Positions 1-9,266 of a stretch of 32,000 nt of DNA are shown here, one piece after another (the first letter of the stretch is position 1; each line of letters opens with the position of its first letter). Under the pieces are notes generated by a model. That model did no database searches. It was not told where the DNA came from and worked only from the letters and a program-made list of their open reading frames with translations. A program made the position numbers and the translations under genes. This stretch comes from Xanthomonas campestris pv. campestris str. ATCC 33913 (GTDB lineage: Bacteria > Pseudomonadota > Gammaproteobacteria > Xanthomonadales > Xanthomonadaceae): positions 2,156,497 to 2,188,496 of the forward strand of contig NC_003902.1 of NCBI RefSeq assembly GCF_000007145.1, read 5' to 3'.

Positions 1-186
1 TGTCGCACCGGCGCACTGCAGCACTGCGGAGACCGCGTCGCTCGCCAGCGACGCCTTGCGATCTCACACCACGCGACACCGCTACGCGATCGTTCCATCG
101 CGCTGCACCGTCGCAGCGGCGCCGACCCCACCGGCGCCTTACCCCCACCGGGCCCGTGCCCGACCCATTGCAGATCGATTCCCGCC

Positions 187-1704
187 ATGACCGAACAGAC
201 CCCCACGCCGCAGCTCCCCGCCGACGAGAACAGCCTCATCGCCGAGCGGCGCGCGAAACTGGGCGCGTTGCGCGGCCAGGGCATCGCCTATCCGAACGAT
301 TTCGTGCGCACCCACTTTGCCGGCGATCTGCAGGCCGAGTTCGCCGAGGCCGAAACCTGGACTGCCGAAGCGCTGGAAGCAGCCGACCGCAGCGTCAAGC
401 TGGCGGGCCGGTTGATGGCCAAGCGGGTGATGGGCAAGGCCAGCTTCGCGCAGATCCAGGACGAGTCCGGGCGCGTGCAGTTGTTCCTGCAGGGCAATGT
501 GCTGGGCGATGCCTACACCGCCTTCAAGGGCTGGGACGTGGGCGACATCGTGGCGGTGGAGGGCGGGCTGACCCGCACCAAGACCGGCGAGCTGTCGGTC
601 AAGGCCACTGCGCTGCGTTTGCTGACCAAGTCGCTGCGTCCGCTGCCGGACAAGTGGCACGGCCTGTCGGACGTGGAGCAGCGCTATCGCCAGCGCTATG
701 TGGACCTGATCGTCACCCCGGAAGCGCGCGAGGTCTTCATCAAGCGCTCCAAGATCATCCGCGCCATCCGCGCCTGGCTGGACGCGCGCCGCTTCCTGGA
801 AGTTGAAACGCCGATGATGCATTACATCCCCGGCGGCGCCACTGCCAAGCCGTTCACCACCCACCACAACGCACTGGATCTGGACCTGTACCTGCGCGTG
901 GCCCCGGAGCTGTACCTCAAGCGGCTGGTGGTCGGTGGGCTGGAGCGCGTCTACGAGATCAACCGCAATTTCCGCAACGAAGGCGTGTCGACCCGGCACA
1001 ACCCCGAGTTCACCATGCTCGAGCTCTACGAGGCCTATGCCACGTACCACGAGATCATGGACCTGACCGAGCAGGTGATCCGCGACACCGCCCAGGGCGT
1101 GCTCGGCACCACCCAGGTCAGCTGGGACGGTGCCGACATTGATTTGGCGCCGGCTTTCCGACGCTGGCGCATGGATGAGGCAGTGCGCCACCACAACCCG
1201 GAGATCAGCGCGGCCGATTGCACCGACCGCGCCGCGCTGCTGCGCCATTGCGAGCGGCTCAAGATCAAGGTCAAGCCGTCCTACGGCTGGGGCAAGCTGC
1301 TGCTGGAAATCTTCGAGTCCACCGTCGAACACACGCTGGTGCAGCCGACTTTCATCACCGACCACCCGGTCGAGGTGTCGCCGCTGGCACGCGCCAGCGA
1401 CACCGAGCCGGGGTATACCGACCGCTTCGAGCTCTTCATCAATGGCAAGGAGCTGGCCAACGGGTTCTCGGAGCTCAACGACCCGGAAGACCAGGCGGCG
1501 CGTTTCCAGGCCCAGGTGCAGGCGAAGGACGGCGGCGACGACGAAGCGATGCATTACGACGCCGATTACATCCGTGCCCTGGAGTACGGAATGGCGCCGA
1601 CCGGTGGGCTGGGCATCGGTATCGATCGGCTGGTGATGCTGCTGACCGGCAGTACCTCCATTCGCGACGTGCTGCTGTTCCCCTACATGCGCCCGGAAGC
1701 CTGA
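187..1704 (+). CDS. lysS: Lysyl-tRNA synthetase, class II
   Basis: 505-aa ORF. It has an N-terminal OB anticodon-binding region and class II core motifs ([34 protein letters not shown]). GC3-rich codon usage. Confidence 0.97.
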
Positions 1705-1842
1705 TTTTTTTGTGCCGCCGCGTGCCGACGGCACAGATACTGCATATGCTAGGGCGGAGCTTCGGTCACGGTGTGGCCGGAGGAGTCGGTTCAGGGACCG
1801 ACGTCGTCGCTTTCCCGTTCTCGAACGAGAGGAGAAACGGTT

Positions 1843-2979
1843 ATGCAGGATGTTTTAGGGAATCCGGCGGGTGTATCTTCGGCGGAGACATGGGGAAGCT
1901 GGTCGGAAAAGGCGGATCTGGGATTGAACATCGTCATTGTCGATGACCAGATGTCCGCGCGGACAATGCTGCGTCATGTCATCGAAGACATCGCGCCGGA
2001 GTTGAAGGTCTACGATTTCGGCGATCCGCTGGACGCGCTGTCCTGGTGCGAAGCTGGTCGCGTGGATCTGTTGCTGCTCGATTACCGGATGCCGGGCATG
2101 GACGGGCTGGAATTCGCGCGGCGGCTGCGCCGTTTGCCGAGCCACCGCGACATTCCGATCATCCTGATCACCATCGTCGGCGACGAGCCGATCCGCCAGG
2201 CGGCGCTGGAAGCGGGCGTGATCGATTTCCTGGTCAAGCCGATCCGGCCGCGCGAACTGCGCGCCCGCTGCTCGAACCTGTTGCAGTTGCGCCAGCAGAG
2301 CGAGAGCGTCAAGCAACGTGCGCTGTCGCTGGAGCAACGCCTGCTTGCGAGCATGAACGAGGTCGAAGAGCGCGAACGCGAAACGCTTTCGCGCCTGGCA
2401 CGCGCCATCGAATACCGCGACGGCGGCACCAGCGCCTTCCTGGAGCGGATGTCGCACGTGGCCGGCCTGGTGGCCGAGCAGCTGGGCTTGTCGGAAGAAG
2501 AAGTGCGCATCATCGAGATGGCCGCGCCGCTGCACGACATGGGCAAGATCGCCATTCCCGATTCTGTGCTGCTCAAGCCGGGCAAGCTCACCGAAGACGA
2601 AATGAACGTGATGAAGCGCCACCCGCGCATCGGCTATGAGCTGCTCAGCGGCAGCCAGAACCGCTTCATCCAGGTGGGCGCGCTGATCGCGCTGCGCCAT
2701 CACGAGCGTTACGATGGCAGCGGTTATCCCGACGGCCTGGTGGGCGAAGCGATACCGCTGGAAGCACGCATCGTGGCAGTGGCCGACGTCTTCGACGCAC
2801 TGCTCTCGGCACGGCCTTACAAGGAAGCATGGACGATGGACGCAGCACTAGCCTACCTGTACGCCCAACGCGGTCGGCTGTTCGACCCGCGCTGCGTGGA
2901 CGCACTGCTGCGCGGGCGCGCGCAACTGGAGCAGATCTGCGGACAGTTCTCCACCGCATCGGCGCGTCCTGGGGTGTGA
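1843..2979 (+). CDS. rpfG: Response regulator with HD-GYP c-di-GMP phosphodiesterase domain (RpfG)
   Basis: ORF 1771..2979 trimmed to ATG 1843, which follows GAGAGGAGA; this gives 378 aa. REC domain (IVIVDDQ, LLLLDYRMPGMDG, FLVKP) plus HD-GYP domain (PLHDMGK, HHERYDGSGYP). Sits in the rpf locus. Confidence 0.95.
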   Translation: MQDVLGNPAGVSSAETWGSWSEKADLGLNIVIVDDQMSARTMLRHVIEDIAPELKVYDFGDPLDALSWCEAGRVDLLLLDYRMPGMDGLEFARRLRRLPSHRDIPIILITIVGDEPIRQAALEAGVIDFLVKPIRPRELRARCSNLLQLRQQSESVKQRALSLEQRLLASMNEVEERERETLSRLARAIEYRDGGTSAFLERMSHVAGLVAEQLGLSEEEVRIIEMAAPLHDMGKIAIPDSVLLKPGKLTEDEMNVMKRHPRIGYELLSGSQNRFIQVGALIALRHHERYDGSGYPDGLVGEAIPLEARIVAVADVFDALLSARPYKEAWTMDAALAYLYAQRGRLFDPRCVDALLRGRAQLEQICGQFSTASARPGV

Positions 2980-2980
2980 G

Positions 2981-3604
2981 GTGAGGGCGGTGCTCAGCCA
3001 GCTGCGTGCTCGACTTGCCCGGCGCGCCGACAGCGAGCACGGTCAAGCCCTGGTACGCATCACGCTGATTGCGCTGATCCTGGTCTACACGCTGATCAGC
3101 GCTCCCCGATGGCCGGTCTCCGGGCGCCAGTTGCAGCAGCTGTTCTGTCTGATCGCGATCGGTCAGGCGACAGCAGTGCTGATCTTTTGCCGGATTGTGG
3201 CAAGCCCACCGCGCTCGCATCTGCGGCGGACGCTTGGGATGCTCGCCGACTATGGCTTGATCGGGCTGGCAATGACCTGGATGGGCGCACCGATGGCCTT
3301 TCTATACGTCGTGTTGCTCTGGATCACGATCGGCAATGGGCTGCGCTTCGGCAGCGAGACGCTGCATACCGCTGTTGCCATGGCCACGCTCAGCTTCGGC
3401 ACGACGCTTTCCAATAGCACGTATTGGCAGGGCCAGCTTGGCTTGGGGATCGCGCTTCTGGGTGCGCTGATCGTGGTTCCTATGTCATTGTTGCGTACGC
3501 TACGCGAGCGGGACCAGGCAATGGCCGGGTCGCCAGCAGCAGGTATCGACGCTGCTTCGCAGCACGGAAGGATCCCAACCCCATCGACGCCGCCGCGCGT
3601 CTGA
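2981..3604 (+). CDS. rpfH: Membrane protein paralogous to the RpfC input domain (RpfH)
   Basis: 207-aa ORF starting at a GTG 1 nt after the rpfG stop. Multi-pass hydrophobic protein. It aligns with the RpfC N-terminus (RADSEH; SHxRRxxGMLxDY; WxTIGNGLRxGS). A GTG at 2990 is an alternative start. Confidence 0.8.
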   Translation: MRAVLSQLRARLARRADSEHGQALVRITLIALILVYTLISAPRWPVSGRQLQQLFCLIAIGQATAVLIFCRIVASPPRSHLRRTLGMLADYGLIGLAMTWMGAPMAFLYVVLLWITIGNGLRFGSETLHTAVAMATLSFGTTLSNSTYWQGQLGLGIALLGALIVVPMSLLRTLRERDQAMAGSPAAGIDAASQHGRIPTPSTPPRV

Positions 3605-3611
3605 GGCGTCT

Positions 3612-5792
3612 ATGAAGTCTCCATTGCCATGGTTGAAGCGGCGCCTGTCAGGGCGAGCAGATTCGGAACACGCGCAGAATCTGATCCGCATCATCATCAC
3701 CACATTGTTCATTTCGTACCTGGGATGGCGCTATCAGCACACCCACGGCGATACCTTGATGGCCACCTGGCTGATCTTGGTCGGCGAGCTGCTGGTGTCG
3801 TTGGGCTTGATGGTGGCAATCCTGCTGCGACCGCAGGTGTCGCATACGCGCCGGCTGATCGGGATGCTGCTCGACTACACCTGCACCGGCGCGATCATGG
3901 CCATCCAGGGCGAGCCAGCCTCGCCGCTGTATGCGGTGTGCATGTGGGTGACCATCGGCAACGGTCTGCGCTATGGCAGCAACTATCTGCGTGCGGCGAC
4001 CGCAATGGGCAGCCTGTGTTTTCTCGGCGCCATCCTGATTTCTCCTTATTGGAAAGCCAATCCCTATCTGAGTTGGGGGTTGTTGCTGGGCCTGATTGCG
4101 GTGCCGCTGTACTTCGACTCGCTGTTACGTGCGATGACCCGTGCAGTGCGCGAAGCCCGGCACGCCAACCAGGCCAAGAGCCGCTTCCTGGCCAATATGA
4201 GCCATGAGTTCCGCACGCCGCTCAACGGGCTGTCGGGCATGACCGAAGTGCTGGCGACCACGCGCTTGGACGCCGAGCAGAAGGAGTGCCTCAACACCAT
4301 CCAGGCATCGGCGCGCAGCCTGCTGTCGCTGGTGGAAGAGGTGCTGGATATTTCGGCGATCGAGGCCGGCAAGATCCGTATCGATCGCCGCGACTTCTCG
4401 CTGCGCGAGATGATCGGCTCGGTCAACTTGATCCTGCAGCCGCAGGCCAGGGGGCGCCGGCTGGAGTACGGCACGCAGGTGGCCGACGACGTGCCCGATC
4501 TGCTCAAGGGCGACACCGCTCATCTGCGTCAGGTACTGCTCAATCTGGTCGGCAATGCGGTCAAGTTCACCGAGCACGGGCATGTGTTGCTCCGGGTCAC
4601 GCGTGTGTCCGGGAGTGCCGAGGACGCCGTCCGGTTGCGCTTCGATGTGGAAGACACCGGCATCGGCGTGCCGATGGACATGCGCCCGCGGCTGTTCGAG
4701 GCCTTTGAGCAGGCCGATGTCGGGTTGTCGCGCCGTTACGAGGGCACCGGCCTGGGCACCACCATCGCCAAGGGCCTTGTAGAGGCAATGGGAGGCAGTA
4801 TCGGGTTCAAGGAAAATCAGCCAAGCGGCAGCGTGTTCTGGTTCGAGCTGCCGATGGCGATCGGCGAGCCGCTGAAATCTTCGACCGTACGGGTGCCGAC
4901 CGGGGCGTTGGTGGATGCTCCCGAGGAGTTGGAATCTTCCAACATCATCGCTTTTTCCAACCCATTCCTGCGTCATCGCGCACGTGTGCGCAGTATGCGC
5001 ATGCTCGTGGCCGACGACCACGAAGCCAACCGCATGGTGCTGCAGCGGTTGCTAGAGAAGGCTGGGCATAAGGTGCTGTGCGTCAACGGCGCCGAGCAGG
5101 TGCTCGATGCGATGGCCGAAGAGGATTACGACGCGGTGATTGTGGATCTGCACATGCCGGGCATGAACGGCCTGGACATGCTCAAGCAATTGCGGGTGAT
5201 GCAGGCCAGTGGCATGCGCTACACGCCAGTGGTGGTGCTCAGCGCCGACGTGACGCCCGAAGCGATTCGCGCCTGCGAACAGGCCGGCGCGCGTGCGTTT
5301 CTGGCCAAGCCTGTCGTGGCGGCCAAGTTGCTCGACACCCTGGCCGATCTGGCAGTGAGCACCCGGCAGTTGGCGACGCCGGCAACCACGGTGCAGGTGG
5401 CGACAAGTTTCGAAGGCGTGCTCGATTCCAGCGTGCTGGACGAGCTGGCCGCGCTGGGCATGGGCGAGGAATTCGAACGCCAGTTCGTGCGCCAGTGTCT
5501 GGACGATGCGCAGAACTGCGTGGGCGATATCGAACGCGATGGCACGTGCTCGGACTGGGAACAACTGCGCGAGAGTGCGCATGCCTTACGCGGCGTGGCC
5601 AGCAACCTTGGTCTGGCGCAGGTTGCCAGCAGCGGTGGCGAGCTGATGCGCATGGCCGATTGGCAGCTGCAGGCAGAATGGCGGCTGCGGCTGTCCACAC
5701 TGCGCGAGCAGTTGAAGGCGGGAAAGGATGCACTCGACGCACGCGTGCAGGGCGTCAAGGACGGCGAGTGCTCCCCCCGTAGCAACGAATAG
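3612..5792 (+). CDS. rpfC: Hybrid sensor histidine kinase, DSF sensor (RpfC)
   Basis: 726 aa. N-terminal TM input region, HisKA (MSHEFRTPLNG), HATPase_c (GTGLGTTIAKGLVEAMGG), REC (MLVADDHEANR, DLHMPGMNG) and C-terminal HPt (SAHALRGVASNLG). Confidence 0.95.
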   Translation: MKSPLPWLKRRLSGRADSEHAQNLIRIIITTLFISYLGWRYQHTHGDTLMATWLILVGELLVSLGLMVAILLRPQVSHTRRLIGMLLDYTCTGAIMAIQGEPASPLYAVCMWVTIGNGLRYGSNYLRAATAMGSLCFLGAILISPYWKANPYLSWGLLLGLIAVPLYFDSLLRAMTRAVREARHANQAKSRFLANMSHEFRTPLNGLSGMTEVLATTRLDAEQKECLNTIQASARSLLSLVEEVLDISAIEAGKIRIDRRDFSLREMIGSVNLILQPQARGRRLEYGTQVADDVPDLLKGDTAHLRQVLLNLVGNAVKFTEHGHVLLRVTRVSGSAEDAVRLRFDVEDTGIGVPMDMRPRLFEAFEQADVGLSRRYEGTGLGTTIAKGLVEAMGGSIGFKENQPSGSVFWFELPMAIGEPLKSSTVRVPTGALVDAPEELESSNIIAFSNPFLRHRARVRSMRMLVADDHEANRMVLQRLLEKAGHKVLCVNGAEQVLDAMAEEDYDAVIVDLHMPGMNGLDMLKQLRVMQASGMRYTPVVVLSADVTPEAIRACEQAGARAFLAKPVVAAKLLDTLADLAVSTRQLATPATTVQVATSFEGVLDSSVLDELAALGMGEEFERQFVRQCLDDAQNCVGDIERDGTCSDWEQLRESAHALRGVASNLGLAQVASSGGELMRMADWQLQAEWRLRLSTLREQLKAGKDALDARVQGVKDGECSPRSNE

Positions 5793-5804
5793 ACCGCCGG
5801 CGCA

Positions 5805-6674
5805 TCAGCCCGCGTCGAGCCCTGAGCGACGCGACTGCGCGCGCACCAGGCGGTCCATGGTACGCAGTGATTTTTCGCCGAGTTGCATGGCGGTATCTAC
5901 CCAGATTTCGGTGATGCGCATCATCTCCTCAAGCGGCACGGCGGTGGTCATTTCGCGCACTTGTTGCATCGCCGCCCACGCGTGTGGCGTGCGCTTGCTC
6001 TCGCGGATCACCTGTTCCACTGCGGCCACGCCCTGGCCACGCGGTACCACACGGTCGACCAGGCCCATGCCGAGCAGCTGTTCGGCCGAATACAGGTTGC
6101 CTTCAAGCATGATCTTTTGCGCCAGGTGCGCACTGATGCGCTGGCACATGAAGGAGTAGGCGCCCATCCCCGGAAATAGGTCGAACAGCACTTCGGGCAG
6201 CCCCATCATCACGCCTTCCTCGGCAATGATCGTGTGGCAGCTTAGTGCCGCTTCGAACCCGCCGCCAAGCGCATTGCCCTGGACCAGCGCAATGCTGTGC
6301 GCACGCGCGCCCAGGCCGACATGAAAGGCATGCACGCCGCGCACGCAGCGTTGGGCGTAGTCGAGAAGGCGGGCGCGGTCGCCTTCGCGGATCAGTTGGC
6401 AGAACAGGGCCAGATCACCGCCCAGATTGAACACGTCGCTGTCCGATGCCAGCACCACGTGCGGCGCCAGCACACCGGCAGTATTCAAGCGTTGTCCCAG
6501 GTTGGTCTGGTAGCCAGTGATGTCGTCGACCAGGCGTGTCGAGAAACAGGCCCGCCCGGGATTGATGGCCAGGTCGGCATGCATATGGATCCAGTAAACG
6601 TCACGCTGCGGTTCTTCGATGATGCGTAGGGTCGAGCCAATATTGGTACGAATGAAGGGTTGAACTGCAGACAT
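5805..6674 (-). CDS. rpfF: DSF synthase, enoyl-CoA hydratase/crotonase family (RpfF)
   Basis: ORF 5805..6752 trimmed to ATG 6674, which follows GGAGAA; this gives 289 aa. Crotonase fold (ALVQGNALGGGFEAALSCH). I recognise the sequence MSAVQPFIRTNIGSTLRIIEEP as RpfF. Confidence 0.96.
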   Translation of the reverse strand: MSAVQPFIRTNIGSTLRIIEEPQRDVYWIHMHADLAINPGRACFSTRLVDDITGYQTNLGQRLNTAGVLAPHVVLASDSDVFNLGGDLALFCQLIREGDRARLLDYAQRCVRGVHAFHVGLGARAHSIALVQGNALGGGFEAALSCHTIIAEEGVMMGLPEVLFDLFPGMGAYSFMCQRISAHLAQKIMLEGNLYSAEQLLGMGLVDRVVPRGQGVAAVEQVIRESKRTPHAWAAMQQVREMTTAVPLEEMMRITEIWVDTAMQLGEKSLRTMDRLVRAQSRRSGLDAG

Positions 6675-6767
6675 GGTGGTTCTCCGTGAGACCGTCCGGC
6701 CGGCCGCCTTGCGGACGGAGATAAGGGTGAACGCGTGAGCGTGCGCCGACATCGGATTCTATGCGTG

Positions 6768-6800
6768 CAAAAGCAGACGCCCGCAAGGCCTTGCGGCGTC
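6768..6800 (-). terminator. Intrinsic terminator downstream of rpfB, upstream of rpfF
   Basis: Minus strand reads GACGCCGCAAGG-CC-TTGCGGGCGTC. This is a ~10-bp stem with one bulge around the 16-bp palindrome CCGCAAGGCCTTGCGG (6781..6796), followed by TGCTTTTGC. Confidence 0.55.
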
Positions 6801-6850
6801 GCGGGCGTCATGACGACTGAACGTCTTCAACTCTGCGGTTGCACGGTTGG

Positions 6851-8533
6851 CTATGCCTTGGCCGCATCCCGCAATTCGCGACGCAGGATCTTGCCGACGT
6901 TGGTCTTCGGCAATTCCTTGCGGAACTCGATCACGCGCGGCTGCTTGTAGCCGGTCAGGTTGGTGCGGCAGTGCGCCTTTACGTCCTCGGCGGTCAGGGC
7001 CTGGTCTTTCTTGACGATCACCACCTTGACGATTTCGCCGGACTTTTCATCCGGCACGCCGACTGCGGCCACTTCGAGCACGCCCGGCATCGTCGCGATG
7101 ACGTCTTCGATCTCGTTGGGGTACACGTTGAAGCCGGACACCAGGATCATGTCCTTCTTGCGGTCGACGATATAGACGAAGCCACGTTCGTCCATGCGCG
7201 CGATGTCGCCGGTGTGCAGCCAGCCTTCGGCGTCCATGACCTTGGCGGTCTCGTCGGCCTTCTTCCAATAGCCCTTCATCACCTGCGGGCCCTTGATGCA
7301 CAGCTCGCCGATCTCGCCCAGCGCCAGCACCTTGCCGTCGTCGTCCTTGATGCAGGCATCGGTGGACGGAATCGGCAGGCCGATCGAGCCGTTGTAGTCG
7401 ACCAGATCCATCGGGTTGATGCAGGCGGCGGGCGAGGTCTCGGTCAGGCCGTAAGCCTCGACCAGAGTCAGGCCGGTCACCTGCTTCCAGCGTTCGGCGA
7501 CCGAGCGCTGGACTGCCATGCCGCCGCCGAGGGTCATCTTCAACGACGAAAAGTCGATCTGATCGAAGCCGGGCGTATTGAGCAAGCCATTGAACAGCGT
7601 ATTGACGCCGGTAAACGCGGTGAAGCGGGTCTTCTTGAGTTCCTTGACGAAGCCCGGCATGTCGCGCGGGTTGCTGATCAGGTGGTTGCAGCCGCCGATC
7701 TTCATGAAGACCAGGCCGTTCGCCGTCAACGCGAAGATGTGGTACAGCGGCAGCGCGGTGATCACCACCTCGTGGCCTTCTTCCAGCTTGCCGGTGCCGG
7801 CCAGCCACTGGTGCGCCTGCTGCATGTTGGCGACCAGGTTGCGGTGGGTCAGCATCGCGCCCTTGGCCACGCCGGTGGTGCCGCCGGTGTACTGCAAAAA
7901 GGCGATGTCGTCCGGCTCGATCTGCAGGGTCGGGACGCGGTGCTTGCGGCCCAGTGCCAGCGCGTCGCGGAAGCGGATCGCGCCGTTGATGCGGTACTCC
8001 GGCACCAGCTTCTTGACGTACTTGACGACAAAGTTGACCAGTGCGGCTTTCGGGAACCCGAGCATGTCGCCCAGGCCGGTGGTGATGACCTGCTTGACCT
8101 GCGTGTCGGCGATCACTTGCTGCACAGTGGTGCCGAAGTTGTCGATGACCACCAGCACGCTGGAGCCCGAGTCGATCAACTGGTGCTTGAGCTCGCGCGG
8201 GGTGTAGAGCGGGTTGACGTTCACCACGGTCAGACCGGCGCGCAGGATGCCGAAGGTGGCAATCGGGTATTGCAGGCAGTTGGGCATCATCAAGGCGACG
8301 CGGTCGCCTTTTTTCAGCTGCAACTCGCCGAGCAGATAGGCCGCGAACTGGTCGACCAGCTGATCTGCTTCGCGGTAGGTAATGGTCTTGCCGAAGCTGT
8401 GATACGCGGGACGATCAGCGAAGCGCGCCACCGAGGTGGCGAAAACCTCCGCCACGGTGCGGAACTGCTCCAGATCGATCTCCGCGGCCACTCCGGCCGG
8501 ATAACTTTGCAACCAAGGACGTGCCTGACTCAT
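6851..8533 (-). CDS. rpfB: Long-chain fatty acyl-CoA ligase (RpfB/FadD)
   Basis: ORF 6851..8578 trimmed to ATG 8533, which follows GGAGGGGGG; this gives 560 aa. AMP-binding motifs (LQYTGGTTGVAKGAMLTH, GWLHTGD, PKTNVGKILRREL). Confidence 0.93.
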   Translation of the reverse strand: MSQARPWLQSYPAGVAAEIDLEQFRTVAEVFATSVARFADRPAYHSFGKTITYREADQLVDQFAAYLLGELQLKKGDRVALMMPNCLQYPIATFGILRAGLTVVNVNPLYTPRELKHQLIDSGSSVLVVIDNFGTTVQQVIADTQVKQVITTGLGDMLGFPKAALVNFVVKYVKKLVPEYRINGAIRFRDALALGRKHRVPTLQIEPDDIAFLQYTGGTTGVAKGAMLTHRNLVANMQQAHQWLAGTGKLEEGHEVVITALPLYHIFALTANGLVFMKIGGCNHLISNPRDMPGFVKELKKTRFTAFTGVNTLFNGLLNTPGFDQIDFSSLKMTLGGGMAVQRSVAERWKQVTGLTLVEAYGLTETSPAACINPMDLVDYNGSIGLPIPSTDACIKDDDGKVLALGEIGELCIKGPQVMKGYWKKADETAKVMDAEGWLHTGDIARMDERGFVYIVDRKKDMILVSGFNVYPNEIEDVIATMPGVLEVAAVGVPDEKSGEIVKVVIVKKDQALTAEDVKAHCRTNLTGYKQPRVIEFRKELPKTNVGKILRRELRDAAKA

Positions 8534-8630
8534 CTGCCCCCCCTCCAGGGTATTCGTTGGTGGCGTGCCATGTTCCACGGCGCCACAGCAACTGGCAGCA
8601 TACCGTCATGGATGGAAAAGGCGAAGCGTG

Positions 8631-9077
8631 ATGCGCAGCAGCATTTTGAGGTGGCAGGTCGGGCTAGTCGCGTTCTGCGTGCTGCTGGTGGCCGGCTGCG
8701 CGAAGCCGGGCCCGGAGCAGCGGCTGCGTGCCACGGTGGAGCAGATGCGCGCGGCGATCGAGGCACGCGATGTACGCGGGGCGATGGCGCCGGTGGCAGA
8801 GGATTTTGTCGGCGAGCACGGCATGGACGCGGCCGGGGCGCGGCGCCTGCTGCAACTGCAACTGCTGGGTCATCAAGCGATCGGCGTCACCGTCGGGCCG
8901 GTGGACGTGCAGATGCAGGGCAGTACGGCAACCGTGCGCTTCAGCGTGTTGCTGACCGGCGGCGGCGGACGCTGGCTGCCTGATCAGGCGCAGCACTACC
9001 AGGTCACCACCGGCTGGCGGCTGCGTGGCAGCGACTGGGAGCTGTACCACGCGCAGTGGACGGCAGGTGGCGGGTAG
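8631..9077 (+). CDS. Hypothetical lipoprotein
   Basis: ORF 8565..9077 trimmed to ATG 8631. Signal peptide with lipobox (VLLVAG-C). GC3-rich codons. Divergent from rpfB. Function unknown; an NTF2-like fold is only a guess. Confidence 0.65.
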   Translation: MRSSILRWQVGLVAFCVLLVAGCAKPGPEQRLRATVEQMRAAIEARDVRGAMAPVAEDFVGEHGMDAAGARRLLQLQLLGHQAIGVTVGPVDVQMQGSTATVRFSVLLTGGGGRWLPDQAQHYQVTTGWRLRGSDWELYHAQWTAGGG

Positions 9078-9210
9078 GGCAGGTTCCAATATCAGCGAGC
9101 GCGACCATATCGGACTGGTGCAGTGCGTGCGCTCTTCTTGGCTCACAGACGCAGTGCTGTTTCACCGCCATCAGGCGATCCCCAGCCACGCTTGCGAGAC
9201 ATCCGTTGCC

Positions 9211-9246
9211 CAAAAACGACACTCCCGCCGGGCGGCGGGAGTGTCG
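9211..9246 (-). terminator. Intrinsic terminator of acnA
   Basis: Perfect 13-bp stem: CGACACTCCCGCC (9217..9229), loop GGGC, GGCGGGAGTGTCG (9234..9246). On the minus strand it is followed by TTTTTG (plus-strand A-run 9212..9216). It lies 21 nt after the acnA stop. Confidence 0.85.
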
Positions 9247-9266
9247 AGAACATCACTTCAGTGCAA

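Noticed and set aside
1705-1740. Terminator after lysS (T7 run plus GC hairpin TGTGCCG...CGGCACA)
   Set aside because: The T-run comes before the hairpin on the plus strand, which is the wrong order for a lysS terminator. No minus-strand gene ends here either, so I did not call it.
6839-8983. 714-aa plus-strand ORF antisense to rpfB. Similar ORFs are 139..1734(-), 9291..11027(+), 16576..18492(+), 18942..20465(+) and 21897..23648(+)
   Set aside because: Each lies opposite a confidently identified gene and has a biased Arg/Ala/Gly/Asp composition with no recognisable domains.
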